Positions 61,801 through 64,000 of a stretch of DNA of 64,000 nucleotides are shown here, in pieces; the stretch's first letter is position 1, and each line of letters opens with the position of its first letter. The stretch is from assembly GCA_030390025.1 (NCBI GenBank), contig CM059431.1, forward strand, positions 157,482,001 through 157,546,000, read 5' to 3'. The translations under genes were made by a program, and so were the position numbers. The stretch comes from Squalus acanthias (lineage: Eukaryota). Under the pieces are notes generated by a model. The model searched no databases. It was not told the origin of the DNA and saw only the letters and a list, made by a program, of their open reading frames with translations.

Positions 61801-64000
61801 GCCCAGTGAGATCAGACAGTGCGTAACCTGGCAAGATGGGCCCAGTGAGATCAGACAGTGTGTAACAAGCAATGGGTGGACCAAGTGAGATCAGACAGTG
61901 TGGAAACCGGGGGAACATTGGTCCTGTGTGAGCAGACAGTGTGTAACCTGGCAAGATGGGCCCAGTGAGATCAGACAGTGTGTAACCCGGGGAGCATTGG
62001 TCCTGTGTGAGCAGACAGTGTGTAACCTGGCAAGATGGGCCCAGTGAGATCAGACAGTGTGTAACCGGGGGAGCTTGGGTCCTGTGAGAGCAGACAGTGT
62101 GCAACATGGGGAGGATGGGCCCAGTGAGATCAAACAGTGTGTAACCCTTAGAGGATGGGCTAAGTGAGATCAGACAGTGTGTAACCCTTAGAGGATGGGT
62201 CCAGTGAGACTAGCAAGTGTGGACACAGTGCTGGATGGGCCCAGTGAGATCAGGCAGTGTACAATCCGGGATGATGGGTCCAGTGAGATCAGACAGTGTG
62301 AAACACGAAGAGGATCGGTCCAGTGAGATCAGACAGTGTGCAATGCGGCGAGGATGGGCCCAGTGAGATCAGACAAAGTGTAACCCGGGGTCGATGGGCC
62401 CGTTGAGATCAGGCAGTGTGTATCCCGGGTGGATGGTCTCAATGAGATCAGACAGCGTGTTACCCGGGGAGGATGGGCCCAATGATATCAGGCAGTGTGT
62501 AACATGGTGAGGATGGGCCCAGTGCAATCAGACAGTGTGTAACCCGGGAAAATGGGCGCAGTGAGATCAGACAGTGTGTAACCCGGGGAGGATGAGCCCA
62601 GTGAGATCAGACAGTGTGTAACCCGGGTAGGATGGGCCCGGTGAGATCAGACAGTGTGTAACCCGGGGAGGATGAGCCCAGTGAGATCAGACAGTGTGTA
62701 ACCCGGGTAGGATGGGCCCGGTGAGATCAGACAGTGTGTAACCCGGGGAGGATGAGCCCAGTGAGATCAGACAGTGTGTAACCCGCGGAGGATGGGCCCA
62801 GTGAGATCAGCCAGTGTTTACGCGGGGAGGATGGGTCCAGTGAGACTAGACAGTGTGTAAACAGGGCAGGTTGGGCCCAGTGAGATCAGACCGTGTGTAA
62901 CCCGGGGAGGATGGGCCCAGTGACATCAGACAGTGTGTAACCCGGGGAGGTTGGGCCCAGAGAGATTAGACAATGTGCTACCCGGGGAGGATGGGCCCAG
63001 TGAGATCAGACAGTGTGTAACCGGGGGAGCATGGGCCCGGTGAGATCAGACAGTGTGCTAACCGTGGAGGATTGGCCCAGTGAGATCAGACAGTGTGTAA
63101 CCGGGAAAGATGGGCCCAGTGAGATCAGACAGTGAGTAACCCGGGGAGCATTGGTCCTGTGTGAGCAGACAGTGTGTAACCCAGGGAGGACGGGACCAGT
63201 GAGATCAAAAAGTGTGTAACAAGGAATGGATGGACCAAGTGAGATCAGACATTGTGTAACCCGGGGAGCATGACTCCTGTGAGTGCAGACAGTGTGCAAC
63301 CTGGGACGGATGGGCCCAGTGAGATCAGACAGTGTGTAACCCTTAGAGGATGGGCTAAGTGAGATCATACAGTGTGTAACCCGGGGAGGATGGGCCCAGT
63401 AAGATCAGCCAGTGTTTACCCGGGGAAGAGGGGCCCAGTGAGATCAGACAGTTTGTAACCCGAGGAGGATGGGCCCAGTGAGATCAGGCAGTGTGTAACA
63501 CGAAGAGGATCGGTCCAGTGAGATCAGACAGTGTGTAATGCGGCGAGGATGGGCCCAGTGAGATCAGAGAGAGTGTAACCCGGGGAGAATAGAACAAGTG
63601 ATAACAGACAATGTATAACCCGGGGAGGATGGGCCCAGTGAGATCAGAGAGAGTGTAGCCCGGGGAGGATGTGCCAAGTGAAATCAGACATATCGCAACC
63701 CGGGGAGGACGGGCCCAGTGAGATCAGACAGTGTGTAACACGGGGAGAATGGACCAAGCGATAACAGACAATGTATAACCCGGGGAGGATGGGCCCAGTG
63801 AGATCAGAGAGAGTGTAACCCGGGGAGAATGGACCAAGTGATAACAGACAATGTATAACCCGGGGAGGATGGGCCCAGTGAGATAACACAATTTTTCACC
63901 CTTGGAGGTTGTTCCAGTGAGATAGATAGTGTATATCCCGGGGAGGAAGGGTCCAGTGAGATCAGAAACTGTTTAACCCGTGATGGATGGGCCTAATGAG

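Larger units (their letters stand above)
46548..64000. repeat. 40-bp satellite array (roughly 380 monomers; runs off the window)
   Basis: Consensus cagtgagatcagacagtgtgtaacccggggaggatgggcc. Confidence 0.97.

Noticed and set aside
46548..64000. CRISPR-like or repeat-protein interpretation of the 40-bp array
   Set aside because: Head-to-tail monomers with no unique spacers, no cas genes, vertebrate context; ORFs are repeat artefacts
46548..64000. V(D)J RSS-like heptamers (gacagtg / cacactg) in each monomer
   Set aside because: No ACAAAAACC-like nonamer at 12 or 23 bp spacing and no V/J segments

Overview
Eukaryotic, repeat-dominated vertebrate DNA, most consistent with a cartilaginous fish (shark). 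This is inferred from CR1 LINEs, a DeuSINE resembling SacSINE1, GPR139-like receptor copies and a fish-type NLR. I see no intact host protein-coding gene. 1-9.6 kb: nested retroelements. An old CR1 carries a young CR1 with a fully open ORF2 and a 1.43-kb solo LTR with a 4-bp TSD, and a Penelope fragment follows. 9.9-13.8 kb (-): NACHT-LRR (NLR) pseudogene with clean splice sites and four in-frame stops. 14-18.2 kb (+): two decayed GPR139-like GPCR pieces and a TIR-bounded non-autonomous DNA transposon, followed by a DeuSINE. 20.8-27.5 kb: an old triplicated cassette with promoter-like and exon-like signals. 28.1-29.5 kb: 23-bp minisatellite. 29.5-30.2 kb: CpG-island promoter/first exon, triplicated in a near-identical 2338-bp unit. 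It is embedded in a 61-bp satellite (to 44.6 kb) whose monomer carries an AP-1 site. 46.5-64 kb: 40-bp satellite in which one CR1 insertion was copied three times by multi-kb block duplications. Most ORF-track entries are repeat artefacts. I found no clearly new biological system. The best leads are the triplicated promoter within the AP-1 satellite, the CR1 subfamily with a duplicated 3' module, and the older triplicated cassette.
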